This document shows positions 1 to 10,480 of a stretch of DNA of 57,914 nucleotides, piece after piece. Position numbers and translations under genes: made by a program. The notes below the pieces were generated by a model. That model made no database searches, had not been told where the DNA came from, and worked only from the letters and a program-made list of their open reading frames with translations. How positions within the stretch are numbered: position 1 is the stretch's first letter; every line of letters begins with the position of its first letter. Source of the DNA: Rickettsiales bacterium (GTDB lineage: Bacteria; Pseudomonadota; Alphaproteobacteria; Rs-D84); NCBI GenBank assembly GCA_031279085.1, contig JAITJD010000011.1, positions 1-57,914 of the forward strand. The letters are read 5' to 3'.

Positions 1-127
1 GGTCAGGCAAATCATACGATAAATCCGAGCATGAAAAGCGCATGGGTGAAAAATACCGCGCCGCCGCCGCCGCCAAAGCACAAACGACCAAGATAAATTC
101 TAAGATAAATGGAAAGTGAGAATTATG

Positions 128-169
128 TTCAGGCCTTATTAATTCTATCGGAATTAATGGGAGCCTGAA
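128..169. terminator. Nested hairpin between convergent genes (possible bidirectional terminator)
   Basis: Nested inverted repeats: ttcaggc (128-134) pairs with gcctgaa (163-169), and attaattc (138-145) pairs with gaattaat (151-158). It lies between the stop of an edge-truncated plus-strand frame (94-96) and the plsX stop (179). There is no clear U-tract on either strand. Confidence 0.3.
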
Positions 170-178
170 CTTAAACAA

Positions 179-1240
179 CTATACACCGGCGCGAAGTTCT
201 TTCTTTATTTCTGCCAAGCCATGGATAAGTTCTTTAATCCGGTTATTAAAGTCCGAATCTGTCAAGTGAACGGCATATCTGATGGAATTGGCAAAAGCCA
301 GGGCATCGCTGTTGCCATGCGTCTTTACAGCAAACCCGTTTAACCCCAAGAACACGGCGCCGGCATAAGAACGGGGGTCGATTTTATTCTTTAACCTTTT
401 GAAAACATGAACCAGAAAAAACGCGCCGATAATCGCCAGAACGGATTTTTTAAGATTATCCATCAGAACGCGCTTTATCAGCCTGGCCGTGCCCTCCACC
501 GTTTTCAACACTATGTTGCCGGTAAAGCCGTCGGTGACGACAACCTGGACATCTCCGCCCCCGATATCATTGCCTTCTACAAACCCGATGTAATCGTAAG
601 GCAATTTGTCTTTATACTCGTTCAGCAGTTTGTTTAATTTTTGCAGAGTTTCATTGCCCTTGGTGTCTTCTTCGCCGATATTCAAAATGCCGACCTTGGG
701 ATATTTCATATTTCCGGCGACTTCCGCATACACGCTGCCCAGCAGCGCAAAATCGAACAAATTCTCCTCGTCGCACTGAACATTCGCGCCCAGGTCCAGA
801 ATCGCCACGCGCTGGTCGCCGCCGCCAGACGGCAGCATTGTCGTTATGGCGGGGCGGGACACCCCGTCGACGGTTTTCAGCGCCAATTTCGCCAGCGCCA
901 TCAAAACGCCGGTATTGCCCGCGCTGACAACCGCTTCGGCATTGCCGTCGCGGACATCCTTGATCGCCATGTACATAGATGTATTTTGAGCGCTGCGAAT
1001 GACATCGCGAACCTTGTCCGAAGACACGATTTTCTCCGGCGCATGAATTATCTCGCAATTTCGCCTGACCCGCTGGTATTTTCTTAAAAGCGGTTCCAGC
1101 CGCTTTTTATCGCCAAACACGCGAAAAAACACACTGCCTTCCCCGTATTGGAATAAAAATTGATTCATTCCGCCAAACACGGCGGCAGGAGCTTTGTCCC
1201 CCCCCATTGCATCGATAGAGATGATTTTTTTATTAGGCAT
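179..1240 (-). CDS. plsX: Phosphate acyltransferase PlsX
   Basis: 353-aa ORF with PlsX-typical motifs 'ISIDAMGGDKAP' and 'VSAGNTGVLMA'. It sits directly downstream of rpmF, as in the conserved rpmF-plsX arrangement. Confidence 0.93.
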   Translation of the reverse strand: MPNKKIISIDAMGGDKAPAAVFGGMNQFLFQYGEGSVFFRVFGDKKRLEPLLRKYQRVRRNCEIIHAPEKIVSSDKVRDVIRSAQNTSMYMAIKDVRDGNAEAVVSAGNTGVLMALAKLALKTVDGVSRPAITTMLPSGGGDQRVAILDLGANVQCDEENLFDFALLGSVYAEVAGNMKYPKVGILNIGEEDTKGNETLQKLNKLLNEYKDKLPYDYIGFVEGNDIGGGDVQVVVTDGFTGNIVLKTVEGTARLIKRVLMDNLKKSVLAIIGAFFLVHVFKRLKNKIDPRSYAGAVFLGLNGFAVKTHGNSDALAFANSIRYAVHLTDSDFNNRIKELIHGLAEIKKELRAGV

Positions 1241-1309
1241 ATTCGGATTTGAGGCTCAAAGCTTAAAGTTTGAAGAATCTTTTCCGCCTCAAACTTTAAA
1301 TTTCAAACC

Positions 1310-1459
1310 TTATTTTGTCCCGCATGCCGGGCACAGATGGTGCGGACGTTTTTTCTCGCCGCATTTTTTGCAAGTTCCTGCCGGCATCACAGACAAAGCG
1401 TCATGCGCCCTGCGCTGTTTTGTACGAGATTTGCTGGTTTTGCTTTTTGGCACCGCCAT
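1310..1459 (-). CDS. rpmF: 50S ribosomal protein L32
   Basis: 49-codon ORF, below the 60-aa cut-off of the supplied track. Hand translation gives MAVPKSKTSKSRTKQRRAHDALSVMPAGTCKKCGEKKRPHHLCPACGTK. It has the L32 N-terminal signature MAVPK.K.S..R and a CxxC...CxxC zinc ribbon. It is positioned upstream of plsX. Confidence 0.9.
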   Translation of the reverse strand: MAVPKSKTSKSRTKQRRAHDALSVMPAGTCKKCGEKKRPHHLCPACGTK

Positions 1460-1522
1460 TTTGTAATCCTTTTATTTAGATTTGAATATTTTATTAAAAT
1501 TCTCGGATTTTGCAAGATATTT

Positions 1523-1921
1523 TTAATCGCTTATCACCTGCGCGACAAACATTCCATGATTATGCATCAGACCTATGACAGCGCTATGGTCGTCCAAGCC
1601 AAGATAGAACCTGTATCCTTGCTTTTCCAATTCAGAAATCTTGGCGACCTTGTATTCGGCCGTGGTCCCGGGATAATCATGCGGCTTGCAGAAAATTTTT
1701 TTATTTACATCCGGCAGCAGATTGTCCATAAATGCCTCTACTTTTCTTTGCCCTATCGCCCATCGTCCGGTTATGAAAACAATTGTAAAATCGCGGCCCA
1801 AGGACTTTAAGACGCAGAGCATGTTTTCATTCGGCGCCCCGAATTTATCATAATTCGGCAGCGCGAATTTCTTGGTGACCACACCGTCTATATCGCAAAA
1901 AATTGCAGGTATTTCTTTCAT
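1523..1921 (-). CDS. Small HAD-superfamily phosphatase-like protein
   Basis: 132 aa. It has an N-terminal 'FCDIDGVV' DxDG(V/T) motif I and a 'VFITGR' motif II-like segment. The specific function is not recognisable. Confidence 0.55.
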   Translation of the reverse strand: MKEIPAIFCDIDGVVTKKFALPNYDKFGAPNENMLCVLKSLGRDFTIVFITGRWAIGQRKVEAFMDNLLPDVNKKIFCKPHDYPGTTAEYKVAKISELEKQGYRFYLGLDDHSAVIGLMHNHGMFVAQVISD

Positions 1922-1997
1922 TAGTGTCAGTGCAAGTGGCAGGACAGGACGGTGTCAAGATTCAAACTTCCTGACACCGACACTGTCCTAACACTCT

Positions 1998-4900
1998 TTA
2001 AATATCCATCAGCTGCTGCTGGACATCGACTTCGCGCGCCAATTTTTCAGCCGTTTCTTCCGCGCGGGCGATTTCGCGGACACGGCGGACATAAGCGCCT
2101 GTCCCAATCGGTATCAATCTTCCGACAATCAGGTTTTCGTTGATGCCGACCAGCTTGTCCGTAGAGCCGCTGATAGCCGCATCCACCAAGACTTTGGTTG
2201 TCTGCTGGAACGAGGCATTTGAAATGAACGAGCGACTGGTCAGGCTGGCGCGCGTCAGACCCACCAGAACCTGCCCCGCTTCCGCCTTTTTTCCGCCATG
2301 TTTGGCGACGCGCTCATTTTCTTCCTCAAAATCAACGCGGTCGATCACCTGTCCCGCCAAGAATCCGGTGTCGCCGGGGTTTGTAATCTCCAAGCGGCTC
2401 GTCATTTCGCGTATCAGAATCTCAATATGCTTGTCATTAATCGGAACGCCCTGCAAACGGTAAACCTGCTGTATTTGATCCACCATGAATGTCGCCAATG
2501 CTTTCTGTCCCAAGATGCGCAGAATATCCTGCGGCACTGGATCGCCTTCAACCAGCTTTTCCGCTTTCTTTACGACATCTCCGCTGCGGACAAGAAGACT
2601 GGTTCCCTTTGGCACGGCGTATTCAAAAGGCGCCGAACCGTCTTCCGGATCAATTCGGATAATTATTTTTGATTTCGCGTCTTCCAGCTCTATCGTGCCT
2701 TCAATCTCTGCCAGCAACGCCGGATTTGCCGGACGGCGGACTTCCAGCAATTCATTAACGCGAGGCAGACCGCCCGTGATGTCGCCCGTGCGCTTTGTCC
2801 GAACCGGAATGTGCGCCAAGACATCGCCAGCATTCACTTTGTCGCCGTCCGCAACATTCAGCACGGAATACATCGGCAGCAGATATTCCGCAATCTTCTT
2901 GCCGCCCAGCGATACAATATCTCCTTTTTCATCAACCAGAACAACAGCCGGTTTGAGCGCTTTTTTAGTTGATGTCTTCCAGTTGATCACCTTGCGGGAC
3001 ATGATTCCGGTCATGGAATCAACTTCCTCTTGATAAGACACATTCTCAATCAAGTCGCCAAACCTGACTATGCCGTCTTTTTCTGCGATTATAGTGCTGG
3101 AATACGGATCCCATTCCGCAACTTTCGCGCCTTTTTCCACCGCATCGCCGTCATTGACAATCAGCATCGACGCATACGGCAGCTTATGGCTGAACAATTT
3201 TTCGCCTTTTTTGTCCAGCACTGATATCTCGCCATTGCGTGAAAGAACAACCACGCGCCCAATGGAATTCTTAATCGTATTGACATTGGATAGCTTTATT
3301 ACGCCCGCGACCGGCAGCTCTATAAAGTGGTTGTCCACGCCGCCTGATGCCACGCCGCCGACATGGAATGTGCGCAGAGTCAGCTGAGTCCCGGGTTCTC
3401 CGATGGATTGCGCGGCGACTACGCCGACAGGCTCGCCCACATGCACCAAAGTGCTGCGCGACAAGTCCATGCCATAGCATTTAGCGCACAAACCGCCGGA
3501 TTCGCAAGTCAGCACGCTGCGGACATCAACACTTGGCAGTCCGGAATCGTTTATCCGCTTTGCGACGGCCTTTGTGACCAAATCGCCGGTTTTTACAATA
3601 ATTTCCTTGGTGATCGGATGTATCACATCATTTGCAACAGTGCGCCCCAGCACAACATCGCCAAGCGGAACAGACAAAGCGCTGCCCTGATAAACAGGCT
3701 TTGCGGTGATGAACTGCTTGGTTCCGCAATCATGTTCGGTAATGACCGTATTCTGCGCCAAGTCGACCACGCGGCGGGTCAGGTATCCGGCATCCGCAGT
3801 TTTCAGAGCAGTATCCGCCATGCCCTTGCGCGCGCCGTGGGTTGATGTAAAGTATTCGGCCATAGACAAGCCTTCTTTGAAGTTCGATATAATCGGAACC
3901 TCGATAATTTTGCCATCAGGCTTTATCATCATGCCGCGCATGCCGGCCAGCTGCTGAATCTGAGTCTTGGAGCCGCGGGCTTTTGACAATGCCATCATAA
4001 GTATGGAATTCCAATTGTCGCCTTCGGTCTTGCCCAGCGCCGCATAGGCCAGGTCGCCCAGCTTGTCGGTTGTCTTTTGCCACAAGTCAATCAGCTTGTT
4101 GTATCTTTCGCCATGCGAAATCAAGCCGTTTTGATATTGTTCTTCAATTTCCTTCACGCCTTTTTCAGCCGCTTCAATCATCTGCTGCTTTTCTTTCGGG
4201 ACGATAATGTCGTCGAACCCGATTGAAATTCCAGAGCGCGCCGCTTGCTCAAAACCTATATTTTTCAAATCGTCGGCCAGAATAATCATGTCCTTGTCGC
4301 CGCATATTTCATAGGTGGTCGACAAAAGCTTTTTAATTTCGCCCAAAGGCATCACCTTGTTCACCAAATCAAACGGCATGTCGTCATGTTTCGGCAACAA
4401 CTGGCCCAGCATCATGCGGCCGGCGGTGGTATTGTATTTTTTGCCCCTGAAACGCGCGACAATAGGCGTGTGCAAGCTGATGATTCTTTTTTCCAATGCC
4501 AGCCGGATTTCATCCATCGTTGCAAAGCGCGGAGATTTCTCATCATGCTCGCCATTTATCAGCGATATATAGTAAACGCCCAAAACCATATCCTGCGACG
4601 GAACAATCATCGGATCGCCGTTTGCCGGCGCCAGCACATTGTTTGAAGACAGCATCAAAGTGCGCGCTTCCAGCTGCGCTTCCAATGAAATCGGAACATG
4701 AACAGACATGGTGTCGCCGTCAAAGTCCGCATTGAATCCCTTGCATACCAACGGATGCAGGCGAATTGCCTTGCCTTCGATCAAAACCGGTTCAAAAGCC
4801 AGCAATGACAATCTGTGCAAGGTGGGCTGGCGATTCAGCAGCACCGGATGCTGGTATATGACTTTTTCCAAGATTTCCCAAACGATTTCCTCGCCGTTTT

Positions 4901-6107
4901 CCACCATCTTGCGCGCAGTTCTCAATGTATTTGCGTAATCGCCGGCCATCAGTCTGGCGAATACAAAAGGCTTGAACAGTTCCAAAGCCATCGTCTTTGG
5001 CAACCCAACCTGATGCAGTTTTAATGTTGGGCCGGACACGATGACGGAACGGCCGGAGTAATCCACGCGCTTGCCCAGCATATTCAGCCTGAATCGGCCG
5101 GATTTTCCGCGCAGAGAATCAGACAAGGATTTCAGCGGACGCCGGTTCTGCGAAACCATCGGGCGCGACTTGTGCCCGTTGTCAAACAAAGAATCCACCG
5201 CTTCCTGCAACATGCGCTTTTCGTTTCGCACTATGATTTCAGGCGCGTGCATGTCGATGAATTTCTTCAAGCGGTTATTGCGGATAATCACGCGGCGGTA
5301 CAAGTCATTCAGATCAGACGCGGCGATATGGCCGGCATCCAACGGAACCAGCGGGCGCATATCCGGCGGAATGACGGGCAGAACATCGGGCAGCATCCAA
5401 GCGGGCTCCGTTTTTGATTCCAAGAAAGATTCGATCAGCTTCAGCTGCTTGACGATGCCCTTGCGTTTTGTTTCAGACTTTGTTTCGGTCAATTCCGCGC
5501 GCAGCCTGGTGCGTTCGTCGGCTATATCCAGATTTGATATTATGCTGCGGATTCCCTCCGCGCCAATACCGACATGAAACGCGTCGGCGCCAAATTCCTC
5601 TACGGCGGCCTGATATTCGTCCTCGCTGATAACATCATACATTTTCAGGCTGGTCAATCCGGGCTCTGTGACAATATAGGCGTCATAGTATATGACCTGC
5701 TCCAGCTTTTTCTGCGGCATATTGTTCAGCAATGCGGCTATTTTTCCCTCTCTCATAAACCATACATGAGATACGGGCATCGCAAGCTTTATATGTCCCA
5801 TACGGTCGCGTCTGACGGTAGAAGAGCCGACCTCCACACCGCATCGCTCGCAAATAACGCCGCGAAACTTTATGCGCTTGTATTTGCCGCAGGCGCATTC
5901 ATAATCTTTTACCGGGCCAAAAATCTGCTGGCAAAACAAGCCTTCGGATTCCGGCTTCAACGAATGATAATTTATGGTTTCGGGCTTTTTAACCTCGCCA
6001 TGCGACCAAGACAAAATTTCTTCCGGCGACGCGACTGTGATGCGCAATGCGTCAAATTGTTCTTTGGTTTCAATTTGTCCAAATATTTTTTGCAACATGT
6101 TTGTCAT
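1998..6107 (-). CDS. rpoC: DNA-directed RNA polymerase subunit beta-prime
   Basis: The ORF runs 1998-6197. The conserved N-terminus 'MTNMLQKIFG...FDALRITVASPEEI' starts at the ATG at 6107, which is preceded by an AAGGAGC Shine-Dalgarno. The zinc motif 'CACGKYKRIKFRGVICERCGVEV' and the catalytic 'NADFDGD' are present. Confidence 0.97.
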   Translation of the reverse strand: MTNMLQKIFGQIETKEQFDALRITVASPEEILSWSHGEVKKPETINYHSLKPESEGLFCQQIFGPVKDYECACGKYKRIKFRGVICERCGVEVGSSTVRRDRMGHIKLAMPVSHVWFMREGKIAALLNNMPQKKLEQVIYYDAYIVTEPGLTSLKMYDVISEDEYQAAVEEFGADAFHVGIGAEGIRSIISNLDIADERTRLRAELTETKSETKRKGIVKQLKLIESFLESKTEPAWMLPDVLPVIPPDMRPLVPLDAGHIAASDLNDLYRRVIIRNNRLKKFIDMHAPEIIVRNEKRMLQEAVDSLFDNGHKSRPMVSQNRRPLKSLSDSLRGKSGRFRLNMLGKRVDYSGRSVIVSGPTLKLHQVGLPKTMALELFKPFVFARLMAGDYANTLRTARKMVENGEEIVWEILEKVIYQHPVLLNRQPTLHRLSLLAFEPVLIEGKAIRLHPLVCKGFNADFDGDTMSVHVPISLEAQLEARTLMLSSNNVLAPANGDPMIVPSQDMVLGVYYISLINGEHDEKSPRFATMDEIRLALEKRIISLHTPIVARFRGKKYNTTAGRMMLGQLLPKHDDMPFDLVNKVMPLGEIKKLLSTTYEICGDKDMIILADDLKNIGFEQAARSGISIGFDDIIVPKEKQQMIEAAEKGVKEIEEQYQNGLISHGERYNKLIDLWQKTTDKLGDLAYAALGKTEGDNWNSILMMALSKARGSKTQIQQLAGMRGMMIKPDGKIIEVPIISNFKEGLSMAEYFTSTHGARKGMADTALKTADAGYLTRRVVDLAQNTVITEHDCGTKQFITAKPVYQGSALSVPLGDVVLGRTVANDVIHPITKEIIVKTGDLVTKAVAKRINDSGLPSVDVRSVLTCESGGLCAKCYGMDLSRSTLVHVGEPVGVVAAQSIGEPGTQLTLRTFHVGGVASGGVDNHFIELPVAGVIKLSNVNTIKNSIGRVVVLSRNGEISVLDKKGEKLFSHKLPYASMLIVNDGDAVEKGAKVAEWDPYSSTIIAEKDGIVRFGDLIENVSYQEEVDSMTGIMSRKVINWKTSTKKALKPAVVLVDEKGDIVSLGGKKIAEYLLPMYSVLNVADGDKVNAGDVLAHIPVRTKRTGDITGGLPRVNELLEVRRPANPALLAEIEGTIELEDAKSKIIIRIDPEDGSAPFEYAVPKGTSLLVRSGDVVKKAEKLVEGDPVPQDILRILGQKALATFMVDQIQQVYRLQGVPINDKHIEILIREMTSRLEITNPGDTGFLAGQVIDRVDFEEENERVAKHGGKKAEAGQVLVGLTRASLTSRSFISNASFQQTTKVLVDAAISGSTDKLVGINENLIVGRLIPIGTGAYVRRVREIARAEETAEKLAREVDVQQQLMDI

Positions 6108-6189
6108 TTTTGCTCCTTCATCGCAATGGTATTCTGTATTCGGCATCCAGCATGCTATTTTTTGAATACAGCATGCCGAATACCATGCA

Positions 6190-9100
6190 TCAATCAAGTT
6201 TCTTCGGCGTCATCGCCAGGCACAGGCCTTTGAGTTCGCGAACAAGAACATTGAACGCCTCCGGCGTGCCGGTCTGTATGTCGTTGCTTCCGAAAACTAT
6301 TGACTCATACATTTTGCTTCTTCCGGCAATGTCATCAGATTTGACAGTCATCATCTCGCGCAGCAAATGCGCCGCACCGTGCGCTTCCAGCGCCCATACT
6401 TCCATTTCGCCCAACCGTTGGCCGCCATTATGCGCTTTGCCCGACAGCGGCTGCTGGGTAACCAGCGAATAATTTCCGACCGAGCGGGCATGTATCTTTT
6501 CATCAACAAAATGATGAAGCTTCAACATATACATTATTCCGACGGTCACAGGGCGCGCGAATTTCTCGCCCGTCATGCCGTCATATAATGCAAATTGTCC
6601 CGTTTCCGGCAATTTTGCCAGCTTTAGCATTTTGCGTATGTCTTCCAAATTCGCGCCGTTGAATGTTGGCGTCGCCATCGGAACGCCGCTGCTCAGCAGG
6701 GCAGCCGTGCCGCGGATGTCGGTGTCCGTCATTTTGCTTAATTTCTCGGCCGTTTCTTTTCCGTATATCTTGCCCATGACGGAACGCAGATCGTCCGTGA
6801 CGGCGCGCTTTTGCCTGACCTCTTCCAAAACAGCGGAAATTTGCTGTCCCAATGTGTATGCGGCCATTCCCAGATGAGTTTCCAAAATCTGGCCGATATT
6901 CATGCGCGATGGCACGCCCAGCGGATTCAGAACGATATCGACAGGCGTTCCGTCTTCAAGATGCGGCATATCTTCGACCGGCACGACCTTGGACACTATG
7001 CCCTTGTTTCCATGGCGGCCCGCCATTTTATCCCCAGGCTGCAGCTTCATTTTATGAGCGATGTAAACCTTTACTTCTTTCAGCACGCCCGCGCTTAAAG
7101 AATTGCTTTCGGTCGCCTTTGCAACTTCTGCATCCGCTTTTTCGTTCAGACGTTTCAAAGACAGCATAAGCTGTTCGCGAAGCTCGTCAATCTTGCTTTG
7201 CATCTCCTTGCTGCGGACAACAATTTTTTTCATGTCGCTTGGACGGATGCCTTCGAAAACTTCCTCGGTCAATTTTTTTCCTATAAATGGCTTCAAGCTT
7301 CCGGCCCCATTATCTATCACTGCGCCGGCGGCCATCTGATAAACCTGATCGGCAAATCCTTTTTCGATGATTGCGATTTCCTCTTCGCGATCCCTGTTGG
7401 TTTTTTCTATTTTCTGCAGCTCTATCATCTGCGTGCGGTCGTCTTTCTTGACGCCGTGGCGGGTCAGAATATTGACATCTATGACAATTCCTTCCTCGTT
7501 CGGACCGACTTTCAAAGAAGAATCCTTTACATTCAGCGCCTTTTCGCCAAATATGTTGCGCAGCAACGATTCCTCCGGCGTCAGCAAGGTTTCAGATTTG
7601 GGAGAAACGCGCCCGACCAGAATATCGCCCTGCTTCACGCGCGCGCCGATATAGATGACCCCGGTTTCGTCAAGGTTTCTCAGAGCCTCTTCGCCGACAT
7701 TCGGGATATCGCGCGTAAGGCTTTCCGGCCCCAGCTGCGTGTCGCGGACTTTGAATTCCTTTTCAACGATTTTTACAGAAGTGAAAACATCATTGCGGGA
7801 AATCCGTTCAGAAATGACGATGGAATCTTCATAATTATACCCGCGCCAGGGCATGAATGCGACCAAGACATTTTTGCCCAGAGCCAGCTCGCCATAATTC
7901 ATCGAAGACCCATCTGCTATAATGTCGCCGGCCGACACCCGGTCGCCAACTTTTACCAGCGGCTTTTGATGAATCAATGTTTCGCTGTTGGAACGTTCGA
8001 ATTTCTCCAAATTATAAATATCAACGCCGGTCACAACATTGCGGCTGTTCATGCACTTGATGACTATGCGGTTGCCGTCCACCGACTCAACTATTCCGCT
8101 GCGCTTCGCAACCTTGCCGGTTCGGCTGTCGTTGGCGACTTCACGTTCTATTCCGGTACCGACCAACGGAGTGTCGACGCGCAGCAACGGCACGGCCTGG
8201 CACTGCATGTTTGACCCCATAAGGGCGCGGTTCGCGTCATCGTGCTCCACAAAAGGTATCAAGCCGGTCGCAATGGACACAACCTGGCGCGGATCAACGT
8301 CTATCAAGTCGATTTCCTCCGCCGGCACCATGGTAAATTCGCTGTCAACGCGCGCCGTCACAATTTCATCCGCCAGAACGCCGGAAGATGTCGTCGAAGT
8401 ATTTCCCTGGGCTATTTTATGCCCTGTTTCCTCATCAGCGGTCAGATAAACGATTTTGTCGGTAATCTTGCCTTTTTCCACAACATAATAAGGAGTTTCA
8501 ATAAAACCATAGGGATTCACGCGCGCATAAGACGCAAGGTGGTTTATAAGTCCGATGTTCTGGCCTTCGGGCACATTAATCGGACACAGGCGCCCATAGT
8601 GGGTCGGATGAACGTCGCGCACATCTATTCCGGCGCGCTCGCGGTTCAAGCCGCCCGGCCCCAGTGCGGAGATAAGGCGCTTGTGCTCTAATTCCGCCAA
8701 CGGATTATCCGATTTCATAAATTGCGACAACTGCGATGTTCCCAAGAATTCAGAAACCAGCGACATCAAAGGATTTGCATTTATGGTGTCCTGCGGCTGC
8801 ATGTTCGCAATGTTCGGCGAAGACAGATTTTCGCGAACCAGACGCTCAATCCGAACCATTCCGGTGCGGAAATTTTGCTCCAACAGCTCGCCAACCGTGC
8901 GCACGCGGCGATTGGACAGATTGTCTATGTCATCAATGACATCCTTGTGGTCTATGATGTTTGCCAAAGTCTGCAATATGGCGATAAAATCCGATTTGGC
9001 CAGCAGACGCTCGTCCTCTGGTTTTTTGCCGGATTCTATTTTCAGCCTTTTGTTCATCTTAAAGCGGCCGACAGTCGACAAATCGTAATATGCCGGCTCA

Positions 9101-10329
9101 AATCCCTGGCGCATGAATAAATTTATCGCGGCTTCCAAAGTCGGGCGCTCCCCCGGCCTGATGATATTGTAAATTTCCATCAGCGCATCTTCGCGGCTTG
9201 TCGTTTTGTCCGCGACAAGAGTATTGCGGATATGCGCGCCGATCGTCGCATTGTCAATGGAAATTATGGAAATATTTTTGATATTCAGTTTTTCCAAATC
9301 CGCCAGGACTTCTTCGGTTATCTCCGTGCCGGATTTAAACGCGACCTCGTCTTCAATCATCACCGGTTCAAACAAATACTCGCCTATCAAAGATTCCGGA
9401 ATGATTCCGAAAGATTTGGACGCGGATAAAATCTTGGCCAGTTTTTTTGCATTGATTTTATCGCCCTTGGTCGCGATAGCTTTTTTGTCTTTCGGATTCA
9501 AGATATCATAGTTCAAACGATATTTATCCAATCCTTCAAATACCGAGGTTTCGCCTACCCATAAGCCACCGTTAAAAGCCAGCGGAATCTTTTTGTAAAA
9601 CGCCGACAGAATTTCTGTTTCGGACATGCCGCGGATAGACGTCTTGCGCGGGTCGGCCTGCCACTTTTTTTCATCTTCCGCCGACGGCAGACAGCGCAGC
9701 AGCACGGTTGCGGGTATTTTGCGGCGACGGCGGTCTATGCGGATATAAATCACGCCTTTGGCCTCTTCAAAGTCAATCCAGCTGCCGTGCTCAGGAATTA
9801 TTCGCGCCGTATAGGCCGTCTGGCTGCCCGCGATTTTTGATTCTTTGGTGGTTCCGAACACAACGCCTTGGGCGCGGTGCATCTGGGAAACAATGACCCG
9901 TTCGACGCCGGATGCGATAAAGCTTCCGCGCTCGGTCATCAAGGGAACTTCGCCCATGAATATCTCTTGCTCTTTTATATCGCGCAAGGATTTTTTGCCG
10001 TCTTCCGCAACATCCCATAAAATCAACCGCATCTTCAATTTCAGCTTGCTGGAATAAGTCATGTTGCGCAGCATGCACTCTTTCACATTATACACCGGCT
10101 TGTCCAAATTATATTCGACAAATTCCAAATCCGCGACGCCGGCGTAATCTTTTATCGGAAACATTGAAGAAAATACTTTTTGCAGGCCGATGTTTTTGCG
10201 CTGGCCGGGCTCTATGTCAAACTGCAAGAAATCTTTATATGAATTGTATTGAATTTCAACCAAGTCGGGAAGTGGAGCCTCTATAAAACTTTTGCCAAAA
10301 GATTTTCTTAATTTCTGGATAACGGCCAT
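6190..10329 (-). CDS. rpoB: DNA-directed RNA polymerase subunit beta
   Basis: The ORF runs 6190-10392. The likely start is the ATG at 10329 ('MAVIQKLRKSFGK'), preceded by a GGAG-like RBS. Conserved rpoB blocks are present, e.g. 'GDKMAGRHGNKGIVSK' and 'GGQRLGEMEVWALEAHGAAH'. Confidence 0.97.
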   Translation of the reverse strand: MAVIQKLRKSFGKSFIEAPLPDLVEIQYNSYKDFLQFDIEPGQRKNIGLQKVFSSMFPIKDYAGVADLEFVEYNLDKPVYNVKECMLRNMTYSSKLKLKMRLILWDVAEDGKKSLRDIKEQEIFMGEVPLMTERGSFIASGVERVIVSQMHRAQGVVFGTTKESKIAGSQTAYTARIIPEHGSWIDFEEAKGVIYIRIDRRRRKIPATVLLRCLPSAEDEKKWQADPRKTSIRGMSETEILSAFYKKIPLAFNGGLWVGETSVFEGLDKYRLNYDILNPKDKKAIATKGDKINAKKLAKILSASKSFGIIPESLIGEYLFEPVMIEDEVAFKSGTEITEEVLADLEKLNIKNISIISIDNATIGAHIRNTLVADKTTSREDALMEIYNIIRPGERPTLEAAINLFMRQGFEPAYYDLSTVGRFKMNKRLKIESGKKPEDERLLAKSDFIAILQTLANIIDHKDVIDDIDNLSNRRVRTVGELLEQNFRTGMVRIERLVRENLSSPNIANMQPQDTINANPLMSLVSEFLGTSQLSQFMKSDNPLAELEHKRLISALGPGGLNRERAGIDVRDVHPTHYGRLCPINVPEGQNIGLINHLASYARVNPYGFIETPYYVVEKGKITDKIVYLTADEETGHKIAQGNTSTTSSGVLADEIVTARVDSEFTMVPAEEIDLIDVDPRQVVSIATGLIPFVEHDDANRALMGSNMQCQAVPLLRVDTPLVGTGIEREVANDSRTGKVAKRSGIVESVDGNRIVIKCMNSRNVVTGVDIYNLEKFERSNSETLIHQKPLVKVGDRVSAGDIIADGSSMNYGELALGKNVLVAFMPWRGYNYEDSIVISERISRNDVFTSVKIVEKEFKVRDTQLGPESLTRDIPNVGEEALRNLDETGVIYIGARVKQGDILVGRVSPKSETLLTPEESLLRNIFGEKALNVKDSSLKVGPNEEGIVIDVNILTRHGVKKDDRTQMIELQKIEKTNRDREEEIAIIEKGFADQVYQMAAGAVIDNGAGSLKPFIGKKLTEEVFEGIRPSDMKKIVVRSKEMQSKIDELREQLMLSLKRLNEKADAEVAKATESNSLSAGVLKEVKVYIAHKMKLQPGDKMAGRHGNKGIVSKVVPVEDMPHLEDGTPVDIVLNPLGVPSRMNIGQILETHLGMAAYTLGQQISAVLEEVRQKRAVTDDLRSVMGKIYGKETAEKLSKMTDTDIRGTAALLSSGVPMATPTFNGANLEDIRKMLKLAKLPETGQFALYDGMTGEKFARPVTVGIMYMLKLHHFVDEKIHARSVGNYSLVTQQPLSGKAHNGGQRLGEMEVWALEAHGAAHLLREMMTVKSDDIAGRSKMYESIVFGSNDIQTGTPEAFNVLVRELKGLCLAMTPKKLD

Positions 10330-10435
10330 TTTCTTTACTCCTTCGTCGTAAAAACGCGCGATTTGCAAAGCGCAATTATAAAAACTATTCAAGAATTGGA
10401 TTCAGCAATTCTGAAATAGTCCAAGCAATAAAGCA

Positions 10436-10460
10436 CAAAGCGCAGTTTTCATGCGCTTTG
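10436..10460 (-). promoter_or_regulatory. rplL-rpoB intergenic hairpin (attenuator-type partial terminator)
   Basis: A perfect 9-bp stem, caaagcgca (10436-10444) with tgcgctttg (10452-10460), and a 7-nt loop. It lies 20 nt downstream of the rplL stop, and on the minus strand it is followed by a T-containing tract. Its position matches the classical rplL-rpoB attenuator. Confidence 0.5.
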
Positions 10461-10480
10461 CACTTTGCGCGAATTGAAAA

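Noticed and set aside
1-96. A plus-strand frame is open from the window edge to a TAA at 94-96 ('...NPSMKSAWVKNTAPPPPPKHKRPR').
   Set aside because: Only 31 codons are visible and there is no recognisable motif. It could be the 3' end of a convergent gene, but it cannot be supported from this fragment.
2140-10078. There are many long ORFs antisense to or out of frame with rpoC and rpoB. Examples are 7198-8214 (338 aa), 5574-6233 (219 aa) and 2485-3033 (182 aa).
   Set aside because: They lie entirely inside two unambiguous, highly conserved genes. Their translations are low-complexity, R/S/F-rich and typical of shadow frames.
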